Shown here: in pieces, positions 54,178 through 64,000 of the stretch
Layout: every line of letters starts with the position of its first letter
Position numbering within the stretch: the first letter of the stretch is position 1
Source of the DNA: an uncultured Planctomycetota bacterium
GTDB lineage: Bacteria; Planctomycetota; Planctomycetia; Pirellulales; Lacipirellulaceae
Assembly (NCBI GenBank): GCA_963719315.1
Contig: CAVRBU010000002.1
Coordinates: 192,001 to 256,000, forward strand
Direction of reading: 5' to 3'
DNA length: 64,000 bases
Translations under genes and position numbers: made by a program
Notes under the pieces: model-generated
The model's database searches: none
What the model was told of the DNA's origin: nothing
Seen by the model: the letters and a program-made list of their open reading frames with translations, nothing else

Positions 54178-54445
54178 CGGGTTCGCGTCAGTCCAAGACG
54201 AACCTACAAGATCACCCTCAGACACGTTTATGGCATATTAGATTCGCGCAATGCAATCCCGTCCCCCCAATTGATTCTTGCCAGCCGGCGCGGACTAGGG
54301 CACTACCGCCCGTAGTGGCCAAAAACTACATCTATCAACCTGTACACCATCTGCTATATTCGATCCCACGTCGGAAACCCGGCGTCGGATCTTTGACATC
54401 AAAACACAAGCCATGAGAGCTGGTCAATGGGCTCGGGCAGCGCGA

Positions 54446-54530
54446 GTAGGTCCCGCTTGCCGAGCGGGACCTCAGAAGTTGTGCGCGCGCTGCACCTGCT
54501 CAAAGGTCCCTTCCGGCAGAAGGGACCTAC
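54446..54530. repeat. Inverted REP doublet (REPIN-like)
   Basis: GTAGGTCCCGCT..AGCGGGACCT and AGGTCCCTTC..GAAGGGACCTAC: GTAG plus palindrome, in opposite orientations. Confidence 0.7.
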
Positions 54531-55272
54531 GTCGTAGTCGGCGAGTCTCCGTTCGGCTGAGCTCACGGCCAGCGCCCGACTCCGCTTCCTGTTCACCGAC
54601 TGTCACCTCGCAGCAGCACCCATACAAAAGCCCCTGCATGAAAAGGACGGAAAAAACCGCTCGCGATGATCCATTTCCCTGTCTCGCAACTGTCGATGGA
54701 CCGCTTTCGAGTGCATCAATGAACGTAAAGTCACCGATTTTTGCTCGTCCCCAATGCCCGCAAACGCCGGATTGTTCGAGCGATTCGCGGATGCCGTCGG
54801 ACGAAACCGAAGACTTATGTACGCCGTATGTGGGACCCCTGATTCGAGAACAAAATCTATCTCTATGGCCTGCAACAGGTTCGGACCGCGCACCGCAATT
54901 CTCCCCAATTCAAAACTCGCCGCACACTCTGGAATTTTCGATGGATCTCATTAGTTTTGTACAAACGTCGTCAAAACAATCGCACAAAACCTCTCGATCC
55001 GGCGACAAACTGCGATTTCCCATCACCCCTACTCGTCCAACTAAAAAAAGTTTCTAACAGAAAGAATTGAACCGCCAAACGCCAAGGTCGCCAAGAAAAA
55101 ACGCTACTGATTTTTGCCTTACTTGGCGTGCTTGCCGCCTTGGCGGTTCAAATTGTTAGCCGCTCGTAAAAACACCTTCGATCCTCAACCCCCAAGCGCA
55201 TTGCGAATGGCGGTCGGCTCGCCGCTGGTAACCAAGCAAGACAAACTTTGATTGAAAAGGGATTCTCGAACT

Positions 55273-56163
55273 ATGGCGATTCTAGGTGCTCATCAATCAA
55301 TCGCCGGCGGCTATTACAAGGCCGTCGAAATTGCCCACCGTCTTAAGTGCGATTGCGTGCAGCTCTTCACGAAGAACAACAATCAATGGCGCGCAAAGGA
55401 ACTCACCGATGACGACGTACAGCAATTTCAGGGCAAATTGAAGGAGCTCGGTGTTAAGCATCCGTTGGCCCACGACTCTTATCTCATCAACCTGGCCAGC
55501 CCTGATCCGGTGTTGTGGAAGAAATCAGTCGACGCATTCGTGATCGAAATGCTGCGAGCGGACCGGCTTGGCATCCCGTACGTCGTCACCCATCCCGGCG
55601 CACACACCACCAGCACCGAGGCCGCCGGCATCGTGGCAGTCGTGCGAGCACTCGATGAAGTGCATCGGCAAACGCGGGGCATCAAAACAAAATGCCTGCT
55701 CGAAACAACGGCCGGCCAAGGCTCCTGTCTCGGGCGCACGTTCGAGCAATTGGCCACAATGATTGATAGAGTAAAGGATCCGGATCGACTAGGCGTATGC
55801 GTCGATACATGCCACATTTTCGCCGCCGGCTACCCGATCGGCACGGAAAAAGATTACAAGGCCACGATGCGGTCGCTCGAAAAGACAGTCGGCTTAAAGC
55901 TCGTCCGGGCGTTTCATCTCAACGACAGCGTGAAGCCGCTCGGCTCACGAGTGGACCGGCACGCGCACATCGGCAAAGGCATGATCGGCAAGGAAGCGTT
56001 TCGATTCCTGCTGAACGATGCGAGATTCCGCAAGGTCCCCATGTATTTGGAAACGCCAAAAGGCGAAGAAAACGGCAAGAATTTCGACGTCATGAACCTG
56101 CGAACTTTACGGCGAATGGTGGATTCGCCACGGAGCGCTGCGAAAGCACAAAACTCCAAATGA
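55273..56163 (+). CDS. nfo: Endonuclease IV
   Basis: GAHQSIAGG, HDSYLINLA, LETTAGQG, DTCHIFAAGY, HLNDS, DRHAHIGKG, LETP. Confidence 0.95.
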   Translation: MAILGAHQSIAGGYYKAVEIAHRLKCDCVQLFTKNNNQWRAKELTDDDVQQFQGKLKELGVKHPLAHDSYLINLASPDPVLWKKSVDAFVIEMLRADRLGIPYVVTHPGAHTTSTEAAGIVAVVRALDEVHRQTRGIKTKCLLETTAGQGSCLGRTFEQLATMIDRVKDPDRLGVCVDTCHIFAAGYPIGTEKDYKATMRSLEKTVGLKLVRAFHLNDSVKPLGSRVDRHAHIGKGMIGKEAFRFLLNDARFRKVPMYLETPKGEENGKNFDVMNLRTLRRMVDSPRSAAKAQNSK

Positions 56164-56177
56164 CCGCGCCGAATCGA

Positions 56178-56594
56178 CTACCGCGCACGCAACAGCAGCA
56201 CCGGCACGCTGATGTTGTGTTGCACGCGGCTCGCCGTAGCACCGAGGAAAAGATCGGCGAGCAGCTTGTGGCCATGCGTGCCCATTGCCACCAGGTCGCA
56301 GCCTTTCTCATCCACCCACTTGATGATTTCCTTAACGGGCTCGCCATACGCGAGTTGGAATTCCGCGGGAATGTTGGCCGCTTCGAATTCTGTGCGGATT
56401 TGCTTGAGATACGAGCGGCTCTCCTTCACCTCCTTGCCGCCGGCGTCCTCTTCGTGGAACTGCGCAGCCGGACCCGTCGCCACGTGCAGCAATACGACCC
56501 GGCTGTGCATCAGCCCGGCAAGCTGCTTGACGTGATCGATTATCGGCCGGTCGGCCGGCGACAAGTCGAGCGCCAGAAGGATTGTGTCGTACAT
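56178..56594 (-). CDS. Universal stress protein
   Basis: MYDTILLALD, DLVAMGTHGH...LGATASRV. Confidence 0.92.
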   Translation of the reverse strand: MYDTILLALDLSPADRPIIDHVKQLAGLMHSRVVLLHVATGPAAQFHEEDAGGKEVKESRSYLKQIRTEFEAANIPAEFQLAYGEPVKEIIKWVDEKGCDLVAMGTHGHKLLADLFLGATASRVQHNISVPVLLLRAR

Positions 56595-56624
56595 CGCGAT
56601 GCTCCCGAATATGGTCCGTTGCCG

Positions 56625-58022
56625 TCAACCGCCGATGACAATATGCCACGCCGCCTTGAGAGAGTCAGGCAACCCGTATATGTCCATCAACGTGATGAGA
56701 ACAGCACTTGTCCAGCCCACCGTGAGCAGAAACCACCCGCTCGACCACTCCCCCATCCTCTTGCGGGAGCTGGTGAAGTGCAACAGCGGAAACATGGCCA
56801 GCGGCAATTGCAGAGCGAGAACGACCTGGCTGAGAACCAACAAGTCGTTAACGCTGCCTTCACCGCGGACCCCAATAATAAATATCGCCGGCAGGATCGC
56901 CAAGCCGCGCGTTATCAATCGGCGAATCCAAGGCGAAAGCCGCCAGTGCATGAAGCCTTCCATCACGACCTGACCGGCAAGCGTACCGGTAATCGTGCTG
57001 CTCTGACCGCTGGCCAACAGCGCGACGGCAAACAGAATGCTCGCGGCTGCGGTGTTCAACAGCGGCGCGAGCGTGAGAAACGCGACCTGAATCCAATCAC
57101 TGTCCTCGGCAAAATGGACGACCTCGCCGCCGGCCACGACCACGCTCGTTTTTCCGTAAAAGGTCACCGCCGCGAGCACCAAAATTGCGGCGTTGATGAG
57201 AAAGGCTACGAGAAGCGCAATCGTGGTGTCGAACGTGTTATAGAAGATCGCGCCGCGAATCGAGCGAGCATTCTTTTGCAACTTGCGACTTTGCACGAGA
57301 GCGGAATGCAAATACAGGTTGTGGGGCATGACCGTGGCCCCGATGATGCCGATCGCTATCACCGACATGCCCGCGCGGCGGAAACCAGGTGTTATCAGTG
57401 CGCGCCCCATCTCACCGAAGTTCGGTGTCGTCTCAGGAATCCAAAACAACTCGATGAAGTAACAAGTGCCGATCGTGGCCACGAGCACCAGCACGACCGC
57501 CTCGATCGTGCGAATTCCGAATCGTTGCAACGCCAGAAGCAAAAACACGTCCGTTGCTGTGATCAGAACGGCGTAGAACAACGGGATGCGAAACAACAAA
57601 TTAAGCGCGACGGCGCTGCCGAGTACCTCGGCGAGGTCGCAAGCCGCAATCGCCAATTCGCACAGCAGCCACTGCGGCCAACGCGACCAGCGCGGATACC
57701 AGTCGCGGCAGGCTTGGGCGAGATCTTTGCCGGTTACGATACCCAACCGGGCCGAAAGTATTTGCAAGAAGATCGCCATCAGGCTGGCCATTGCCACCAC
57801 CCACAGCAGATCGTATTTGAACAGCGCGCCGGCCGCCAAGTCGGTCCCCCAGTTGCCAGGGTCCATGTATCCGACGCTTACGAGCAATGCCGGTCCGACG
57901 TATGCCCGCCAGTTCCGCCAGAATTGCCTGGTGTTTTCTGGTACCGCTACGGTTCCATGGATCCCTTCGAGCGAGATCGGCGTCTTGTTATCGTTGAATG
58001 GCTTATGCATGGCGTTGAGCAA
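56625..58022 (-). CDS. mntH: Nramp-family divalent metal transporter MntH
   Basis: GYMDPGNW, GATVMPHNLYLHS, GQSSTITGTLAGQVVMEGF. Confidence 0.93.
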   Translation of the reverse strand: MLNAMHKPFNDNKTPISLEGIHGTVAVPENTRQFWRNWRAYVGPALLVSVGYMDPGNWGTDLAAGALFKYDLLWVVAMASLMAIFLQILSARLGIVTGKDLAQACRDWYPRWSRWPQWLLCELAIAACDLAEVLGSAVALNLLFRIPLFYAVLITATDVFLLLALQRFGIRTIEAVVLVLVATIGTCYFIELFWIPETTPNFGEMGRALITPGFRRAGMSVIAIGIIGATVMPHNLYLHSALVQSRKLQKNARSIRGAIFYNTFDTTIALLVAFLINAAILVLAAVTFYGKTSVVVAGGEVVHFAEDSDWIQVAFLTLAPLLNTAAASILFAVALLASGQSSTITGTLAGQVVMEGFMHWRLSPWIRRLITRGLAILPAIFIIGVRGEGSVNDLLVLSQVVLALQLPLAMFPLLHFTSSRKRMGEWSSGWFLLTVGWTSAVLITLMDIYGLPDSLKAAWHIVIGG

Positions 58023-58204
58023 GTTTTTGGCGCATCAAAATCGGCGACTTAGGATTCCTCTCGAAAGAAGAGTTTCCAACGCAATAGCAAGGGGCACAGG
58101 AAGTTAAACCCAGGGGGTAGTTGTCGTTCCCATCTTTTTGACTACTCAAAATCCTCGGTCGTTGAGGGGGTCCTGTCAAGGTTGATTTGTCCGTACTTTC
58201 CAAA

Positions 58205-58408
58205 TCTCCGGCGAAGGGCCGTCGGGGGGCGGGCACCTCAAGATGCCCGCCGAACCTGTACCCAACGCAAGAGCATGGTTGTTATGCCGTTAAGAACGGC
58301 AACCTCGAAGCCCGGAGTTGTTCAAATGGGGAGAGACGAACTCTCATGCGAAGCCTGGTTCGTTGGGCCGCCAAATCGGTTGGCGGGAACACGCAACAAC
58401 CGCCGGAA
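58205..58408 (-). ncRNA. Putative structured ncRNA, possibly 6S RNA
   Basis: Nested long-range complementarity (TCCGGCG/CGCCGGA, CCCGCC..ACC/GGT.GGCGGG, CCCAACG/CGTTGGG) over ~200 nt; G-U pairs favour the minus strand. Confidence 0.4.
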
Positions 58409-58441
58409 TCGCAGTAAGTCCTTACACTGCATGAAGAAAAA

Positions 58442-58470
58442 TTGACGCCTTTATGACCACGGGGTACAGT
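58442..58470 (+). promoter_or_regulatory. Sigma70-like promoter
   Basis: TTGACG-17nt-TACAGT, 44 bp before the GNAT start. Confidence 0.55.
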
Positions 58471-58514
58471 TACAGGGTCGAACAGTTTGGCCAATTCTGG
58501 TCGTTGGTGCTGCG

Positions 58515-59069
58515 ATGAGCGTGAACTACTTCAAGCGCTTTCGGATGGAGTTGGATTTGCGCGGTCGCCGCCATGTGCCTCTGTTTGTACCGCGCGGCTA
58601 TCGGCTCATTCCTTGGCACGCTGATTTGCTGGCCGATCACGCGGAAGTCAAATACATGAGCTTCCGAGATGAGATCGACGCCGACGTTTTCACGTGTCTT
58701 GGCGAAGTCGAAGGCTGCCAGCGACTGATGCGAGAGATCAGCTTGAAGGACGGCTTCTTGCCCGAGGCCACTTGGCTGGCAGTATCCACCGAGGGCGGCG
58801 ACATGGAGCCTTGTGGCACGATTCAAGGCATTCGGGCCACGCCCAAGTATGGTGCCATTCAGAACGTTGGGATCGTACCAGCCCACCGCGGCCGGGGCCT
58901 CGGGACGGCACTGATCTATGCGGCGCTGGCCGGGTTTCAGCAAATCGGCCTGTCGCGCGTTTACCTAGAGGTGACTGCCCAAAACGATGGCGCCGTCCGG
59001 TTGTACAAGCGGTTGGGCTTTCGCCGCACAAAGACGCTGTTCAAGGCGGTCGAGCTGGCCTATTCTTGA
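58515..59069 (+). CDS. GNAT family acetyltransferase
   Basis: VGIVPAHRGRGLGTALI, LEVTAQNDGAVRLYKRLGF. Confidence 0.9.
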   Translation: MSVNYFKRFRMELDLRGRRHVPLFVPRGYRLIPWHADLLADHAEVKYMSFRDEIDADVFTCLGEVEGCQRLMREISLKDGFLPEATWLAVSTEGGDMEPCGTIQGIRATPKYGAIQNVGIVPAHRGRGLGTALIYAALAGFQQIGLSRVYLEVTAQNDGAVRLYKRLGFRRTKTLFKAVELAYS

Positions 59070-59184
59070 CGCGACGTGCGATCGAGCTACCAGCTTGTTT
59101 CCACGCTCCGCGTGAGAATGCAAGATTGCGGCGCTCTGCATCGCTAATTGTTTTGGTTTCTCGACAGAGATAGTATTTGACATC

Positions 59185-60426
59185 GTGACGGAAATTCTTT
59201 CACACAAACTTGCAAACGGCATGGTGCTCGTCGGCGAACCGACGCCGTCGGTCGAATCGGCGGCGTTCACGTTCTTGCTGCCGGGCGGATGTTGTTATGA
59301 CCCGGCGAGTCGGGCGGGCCTGGCCTCCCTCACGGGTGAGATGATGCTTCGCGGTGCTGGCCCGCGGGATAGCCGGACCTGGGTTTCCGATCTGGAAAAC
59401 TTGGGCGTCGAGCGCGGCGAGTCGGTCGGAGTCGCCCAGGCCACGTATCACGGCGCCACGCTCAAGGATAATTTGCCGGCGGCGCTGGTGTTGTTCGCCG
59501 ATTTGCTACGACGGCCCCATTTGCCGGCCGAGCAGCTAGAGGCTGGTCGCAACACCTGCCTGCAGGAGCTGCGGGCGATCGACGACGAGCCTAGCCACAA
59601 GCTCATGATCGAGCTTCGCCGCCAGCAGTATCCGGACCCTTGGGGTCGATCCAGTCATGGGGAAGAGTCGGCGTTGCGGGCTGCGACGATGGATGACATC
59701 CACCGGTTCCACGACCAGCACTATCGTCCGCAGAACACCATACTCGCCGTGGCGGGTAACTTCGATTGGACGCGGCTATGCGGCGAAGTCGAGCAATTGT
59801 TCGGTGATTGGAAGGCGAGCGACGTCGCCGAACCGGCCAGCGGCAACGGGCGGCCGGCGGTGAACCATATCCCGTTCGAGTCGAATCAGTCACACGTGGG
59901 CGTGGCGTACTCGACGATTCCTTACAAGCACCCCGAGTACTTTCAGGCTTGGGCGGCGGTCGGTGTGTTGTCGAGCGGTTCCAGCTCGCGGCTATTCACC
60001 GAGGTACGCGAAAAACGCGGTTTGTGCTACACAGTTTATGCGTCGCTTCACACGCAGCGAGATCGGGCGAGCGTGCTATGCTACGCAGGCACGACGGCCG
60101 AGCGGGCCCAGGAAACGCTGGATGTTACGGTCGCCGAACTCCAACGTCTCGCTCAGGGAATCGAGCAGAGCGAGTTAAACAGGCTCAAGGCGCGAATTAA
60201 AAGCTCGCTCATTATGCAGCAAGAATCGACCTCTGCCCGCAGCGGAGCGTTGGCCCGCGATTGGTATCACTTGGGACGAGCGCGGACGCTCGACGAAGTC
60301 GGCCAACTGGTGGACGCGCTAACGGCCGAAACGATCAACGCCTTTCTGAAAAAGAACCCGCCGAGTGATTTGTTGGTCGTGACGTTGGGCCCTGAGCCGC
60401 TGGAGATGCCGGATGGAATTTCGTAG
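59185..60426 (+). CDS. M16 peptidase, non-catalytic subunit
   Basis: HXXEH replaced by SLTGE; SSRLFTEVREKRGLCY retained. Confidence 0.88.
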   Translation: MTEILSHKLANGMVLVGEPTPSVESAAFTFLLPGGCCYDPASRAGLASLTGEMMLRGAGPRDSRTWVSDLENLGVERGESVGVAQATYHGATLKDNLPAALVLFADLLRRPHLPAEQLEAGRNTCLQELRAIDDEPSHKLMIELRRQQYPDPWGRSSHGEESALRAATMDDIHRFHDQHYRPQNTILAVAGNFDWTRLCGEVEQLFGDWKASDVAEPASGNGRPAVNHIPFESNQSHVGVAYSTIPYKHPEYFQAWAAVGVLSSGSSSRLFTEVREKRGLCYTVYASLHTQRDRASVLCYAGTTAERAQETLDVTVAELQRLAQGIEQSELNRLKARIKSSLIMQQESTSARSGALARDWYHLGRARTLDEVGQLVDALTAETINAFLKKNPPSDLLVVTLGPEPLEMPDGIS

Positions 60427-61651
60427 CCATCGCCTGGAGAACGGGCTGGAAATCATCGCCGAGACGAATGATGATGCGCATTCGATGAGCGTGGCGTTCC
60501 TCGTGCGGACTGGTTCGCGCGACGAAGCCGACGATGTGGCAGGCGTCAGCCACTTCCTGGAGCACATGTGCTTCAAGGGCACGCCGCGTCGCAGTGCCGA
60601 TGACGTGAACCGCGAGTTCGACGAGATCGGCGCTCACTACAACGCCTTCACCAGCGAGGAATGCACCGCGTATTACGCGTCGGTGTTGCCCGAGTACCAG
60701 GAGGCCAGTGTGGATATCCTGGCCGACATCCTGCGGCCCAGCTTGCGGCCGAGCGACTTCGACATGGAAAAAAAGGTCATCCTGGAAGAGATTCAAATGT
60801 ATCTCGACCAACCGCCGTTCGGCATGGACGATCGCATCAAGCAATTGCACATGGGCCGGCACCCACTCGCGCGTAGCGTGCTCGGAACGAGCGACAGCGT
60901 CGGCAGTCTGACGCCCACCCAAATGCGCGACTATTTCTCGTCGCGGTACGCGGCGGACAATGTGTTCGTAGCCGCGGCCGGCAAGGTGGATTTCGAAGCG
61001 CTCGTCGAGCAAGTTGCCAAACACTGCGGCGAATGGACGCCCCAGGCCGCGCGGCGGGAAGTTCCGCAAGCTGCGTCGAAGGCGAGTTTCGAGGTCGTGC
61101 ATCGCCCGACCGCGACGCAACAGTACGTGCTGCAACTCGCCGACGCACCGGCTTCCGAAGACGATGACCGATACGCGGCCAAGTTGTTGGCCACGATCGT
61201 CGGCGACGATTCGGGCAGCCGTATGTACTGGGAGCTGACCGATCCCGGTTTGGCGGAAACGGCCAGTCTTGGCCACTACGAATACCTGGGCGCCGGCATG
61301 TTCTACACCTGGCTGGCCTGCGAGCCGGATAGTGTCGAAGAGAACCTCGATCGGCTGCGGCGCATCTTGCTGGAAGTGGAGCGCGACGGCGTCACCGCCG
61401 AGGAGCTCAACCAGGCGAAGAACAAAGTCAAGGCCCGCGTGGTGCTCGGTAGCGAGCGACCTCAAAGCCGGCTGTTCAACGTCGGCGGCAACTGGCTGCA
61501 ACGCCGCGAGTATCGCACCGTGGCCGATGACTTGAAGTCGCTCGATGACGTGACCGTGGAGCAGATTCGCACAGTGCTAACCAAATACCCGCTGACGAAC
61601 GCCTCAACGATTACGGTGGGCCCGCGCGAGAGCGTGCGCGAACCGAAATAG
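60413..61651 (+). CDS. M16 peptidase, catalytic subunit
   Basis: GSRDE...GVSHFLEHMCFKGT, NAFTS, EKKVILEEI. Confidence 0.92.
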   Translation: MEFRSHRLENGLEIIAETNDDAHSMSVAFLVRTGSRDEADDVAGVSHFLEHMCFKGTPRRSADDVNREFDEIGAHYNAFTSEECTAYYASVLPEYQEASVDILADILRPSLRPSDFDMEKKVILEEIQMYLDQPPFGMDDRIKQLHMGRHPLARSVLGTSDSVGSLTPTQMRDYFSSRYAADNVFVAAAGKVDFEALVEQVAKHCGEWTPQAARREVPQAASKASFEVVHRPTATQQYVLQLADAPASEDDDRYAAKLLATIVGDDSGSRMYWELTDPGLAETASLGHYEYLGAGMFYTWLACEPDSVEENLDRLRRILLEVERDGVTAEELNQAKNKVKARVVLGSERPQSRLFNVGGNWLQRREYRTVADDLKSLDDVTVEQIRTVLTKYPLTNASTITVGPRESVREPK

Positions 61652-62271
61652 CCCAAGCGGTTTTCTTTTTGACGCGAACGGCGATGAGTTTTGCGCGAAG
61701 GCTTCGCGCAATGGAAGTCGTAACTCGTTGGGCGGCAAGGGAGTGCGATTTTGCACACGCGTGAAAATTTTTTTTCGCGTGCAAAAGTCCTCCTTTTTGC
61801 GCGGCGCTCGGGCGGCGAACCTCTGGAAATCCAGTGCTTTGAGCGTGAACTCGACGTGCAATAATAGGCGAGTTTGCTCTCTAAAATGCCGTTTTCTGGC
61901 AGGATTTAGCGGTTCGCCAGAGCGGTCGAGCCCATAAAACGACGCGATTTTCGCAGCGTTTTGCAGTGTTCCGGCCCTTCGGCCAACTTTGGGCAAAAGG
62001 GCGCGAGCGCGTCGGGAGACCGCGCGTAACCTCTGGCTGATAGTTAACAGCTAATGGCTAACAGCTTGCTCTAAATTTTCAAGGAACAAACGCCGTCGCA
62101 ATGCAGCGTGCTCGGACTGTAGCATTTTCACGCCTGCTATTCCACAAGTATTTTTGGCCGCTCAGTTAAAGTTGGATCACAAAACGGCCGTTGACAAACC
62201 TTTTTCCTGCGTCGATAATCCCTATTGGTCGGACCGCTATTTTTTGTTCTCCTGCGTAAATAGCGGCCTAA

Positions 62272-62643
62272 ATGGCTTTTTTTCGGCAATCCGCCGCGCT
62301 GGTCTTGCTGACGTTCGTCAGCGCGATTTCATTCTTGGGGGCGGGGCTGCACCTGCTTCCCGGCTGCGACCACTTCCACGAGGGACTTCATTCTTGCGAC
62401 GCACATGCTGGATGCGGCCGTCACCACGCTGCCACTCGTGACTGCGGCAGCTGCTCGAGCGATACCGAGTGCCCGATCTGTCGCCTTCTAGCGATCCCGT
62501 GGGCACTCACTGTACCTCCTGCGATCGTAGATTGTGGACGACCTTTTGAGACTGTCGTCGCCGCCACAGAATCTACACCGGCGATTGAAATGACCCGCCC
62601 TTATGGCGCGAGAGCGCCTCCGCGGTCGCCGTCAACTATCTAG
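62272..62643 (+). CDS. DUF2946-like His/Cys-rich leader protein with C-terminal RAPP
   Basis: N-terminal hydrophobic segment, His/Cys tract, CPIC, ARAPP at 62608-62622. Confidence 0.65.
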   Translation: MAFFRQSAALVLLTFVSAISFLGAGLHLLPGCDHFHEGLHSCDAHAGCGRHHAATRDCGSCSSDTECPICRLLAIPWALTVPPAIVDCGRPFETVVAATESTPAIEMTRPYGARAPPRSPSTI

Positions 62644-62878
62644 CCGCTCTCGGCTTCGATTCTGGAAACGTGCAGACATTGCACGCTTATCGAGTCGCAT
62701 TGAAGTCAATCCGCTGAGTACCGCCGACGACACTTCGCGCGCATTGCGTGCAAGGAGTGCGGTAGCGTGCGTAACAAAGCTTCGCCGGCTGTGGGAGCGA
62801 AGGCAAAAGCGGTCCGACCAAAACCGATGCCTTCACGCCAGGCCGGCGAAGCGTACAAATCGCCGGAAAGACTTGCCC

Positions 62879-63676
62879 ATGGTTATCGCGTCTCACCCAA
62901 CCACAATGTCGTGCAAGAAAGAAACGTACCGAGATGCATTCGTTAAGAGATCGGCCTTTACATTGGTCGAGCTGTTGGTGGTGATTGCGATTATCGGCGT
63001 TTTAGTCGCGCTGTTGTTACCTGCTGTGCAAGCCGCGCGGGCTGCCGCGAGACGAACCCAGTGCGCGAACAACATGCGTCAGATCGGCTTGGGGATGCAG
63101 CAGTATTGCGATGCCCACAAAGGCCACTTTCCGCTGATGCAGCACAATATCGCTCAGAGCGATGTGCCCAAAACATGGATTTACGTTTTGGCGCCGTACA
63201 TGGAAAGCGTCGACGCCGTCCGCTTGTGTCCGGAAGACATGAAGCGGATCGAGAATCCGGCCTACACGGATCCCTCGACCGGCAACGTTGTCGAAGTCCG
63301 GCCCACGAGCTACGCCATGAACGGCTACCTCCGCGCCGAGGGCTTCAACCCCGCGGGGCCGACGCCTGGGTTCGTGACGCGGTTCTCGCAGCTGACGGAG
63401 ACCCACAAAACCATCGTGATGTTCGAAGCCGGCAACAGCGTAGACAGCACGAAGGACCACGTGGAATCACCCGACTGGTTCGATGAGTCAAACATGAAGC
63501 GCAACGCGACCGATCATGCCGTCTGGCAGGATGTGCAAGGAGAAGTCGCCGTTGCGCGCCATCATGGAACCTCTGCGAACTACCTGTACGCAGACGGACA
63601 CGTAGATGCGATTTCGGCCGACCAGATCGCCGAATGGTGCGACGCGGGAACGAACTTTGCGATCCCGCCGCAATGA
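62879..63676 (+). CDS. DUF1559 prepilin-type protein (start uncertain, alternative 62906)
   Basis: [29 protein letters not shown]...[11 protein letters not shown]9-DG terminus ([15 protein letters not shown]). Confidence 0.9.
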   Translation: MVIASHPTTMSCKKETYRDAFVKRSAFTLVELLVVIAIIGVLVALLLPAVQAARAAARRTQCANNMRQIGLGMQQYCDAHKGHFPLMQHNIAQSDVPKTWIYVLAPYMESVDAVRLCPEDMKRIENPAYTDPSTGNVVEVRPTSYAMNGYLRAEGFNPAGPTPGFVTRFSQLTETHKTIVMFEAGNSVDSTKDHVESPDWFDESNMKRNATDHAVWQDVQGEVAVARHHGTSANYLYADGHVDAISADQIAEWCDAGTNFAIPPQ

Positions 63677-63789
63677 TATTCCTTGTAGTCGAGGTCTGTG
63701 ACCCCGGCTACACAATCGCGGGCCTCACAGCGGCCAGCTACAGCGTTTGAATTGATTTCAAAAAATCTACAACTTTGGAGAGCTAATCA

Positions 63790-64000
63790 ATGTCTCGATA
63801 TACGCGTATCGGCCTACGGGCCGCAATGTTTGTTTTGCCTGTGCTTATGGGCATGTGGCCCGCCGTTCAAGCACCTGCGGCGGATAGTGATACATTCGTC
63901 ACGAATGTCGGCAGTAAGGTCACAATCGGCGGCGCAAATAATCTGGAAACTGTCGATGAAAACTTCGAACTCACCTCGCAAGTCTTCTATGCCCCGATGG
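63790..64000 (+). CDS. Secreted protein, truncated by the window end
   Basis: GGAG RBS, MSRYTRIGLRAAMFVLPVLMGMWPAVQAPA signal-like start; frame open to the end. Confidence 0.6.
   Translation, partial: MSRYTRIGLRAAMFVLPVLMGMWPAVQAPAADSDTFVTNVGSKVTIGGANNLETVDENFELTSQVFYAPM

Noticed and set aside
58023..58200. yybP-ykoY riboswitch or MntR box upstream of mntH
   Set aside because: Only a GAGTAG fragment and a weak hairpin are visible; the consensus cannot be supported by eye.

Overview
High-GC bacterial window, most consistent with a Planctomycete of the Pirellulales type. This assignment is inferred from the DUF1559 prepilin-like genes, a DUF1598-like gene, RFSLRxLL membrane proteins and heptamer/REP-like intergenic repeats. 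The region 1-22.7 kb is a flagellar cluster: TPR, FlgN-like, a soluble kinase with a sigma54 regulator, flgBC-fliEFGHIJ, fliK, flgD, flgE, fliL, fliN, fliO-like, fliPQR and flhB. No motAB, fliM or flhA is visible. FlgD and the 812-aa FlgE share an extra ~90-aa beta-rich module, and the FliG-like protein lacks the acidic torque-helix pair. The region 22.8-42 kb holds DUF1559, a sulfotransferase, a three-repeat membrane protein, an ECF sigma, a TPR-TPR-ExbB-ExbD-ExbD locus, xerD, an acyltransferase, a YhaM-like gene, prmC, prfA and rpmE. At 42084-43986 lies a 1.9-kb IS1-family-derived cassette with terminal inverted repeats, an 8-bp target duplication, a transposase stump and four passenger genes including a HEPN-like protein. 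The region 44-64 kb holds a DUF1598-like gene, an FHA-GAF-sigma54 activator, an S66 peptidase, a HEXXH gene and ndk. It also holds a Y-family polymerase with a compact SRAP-like partner and a palindromic operator, a nested MITE/REP, nfo, mntH-usp, a putative 6S-like structured RNA, a GNAT, an M16 peptidase pair, and a CxxC...RAPP (DUF2946/CruR-like) leader ORF upstream of a prepilin-like module. Ten genes, including essential prfA, carry 1-2 nt frameshifts that are most likely assembly errors. All calls come from reading the sequence; no database searches were run.
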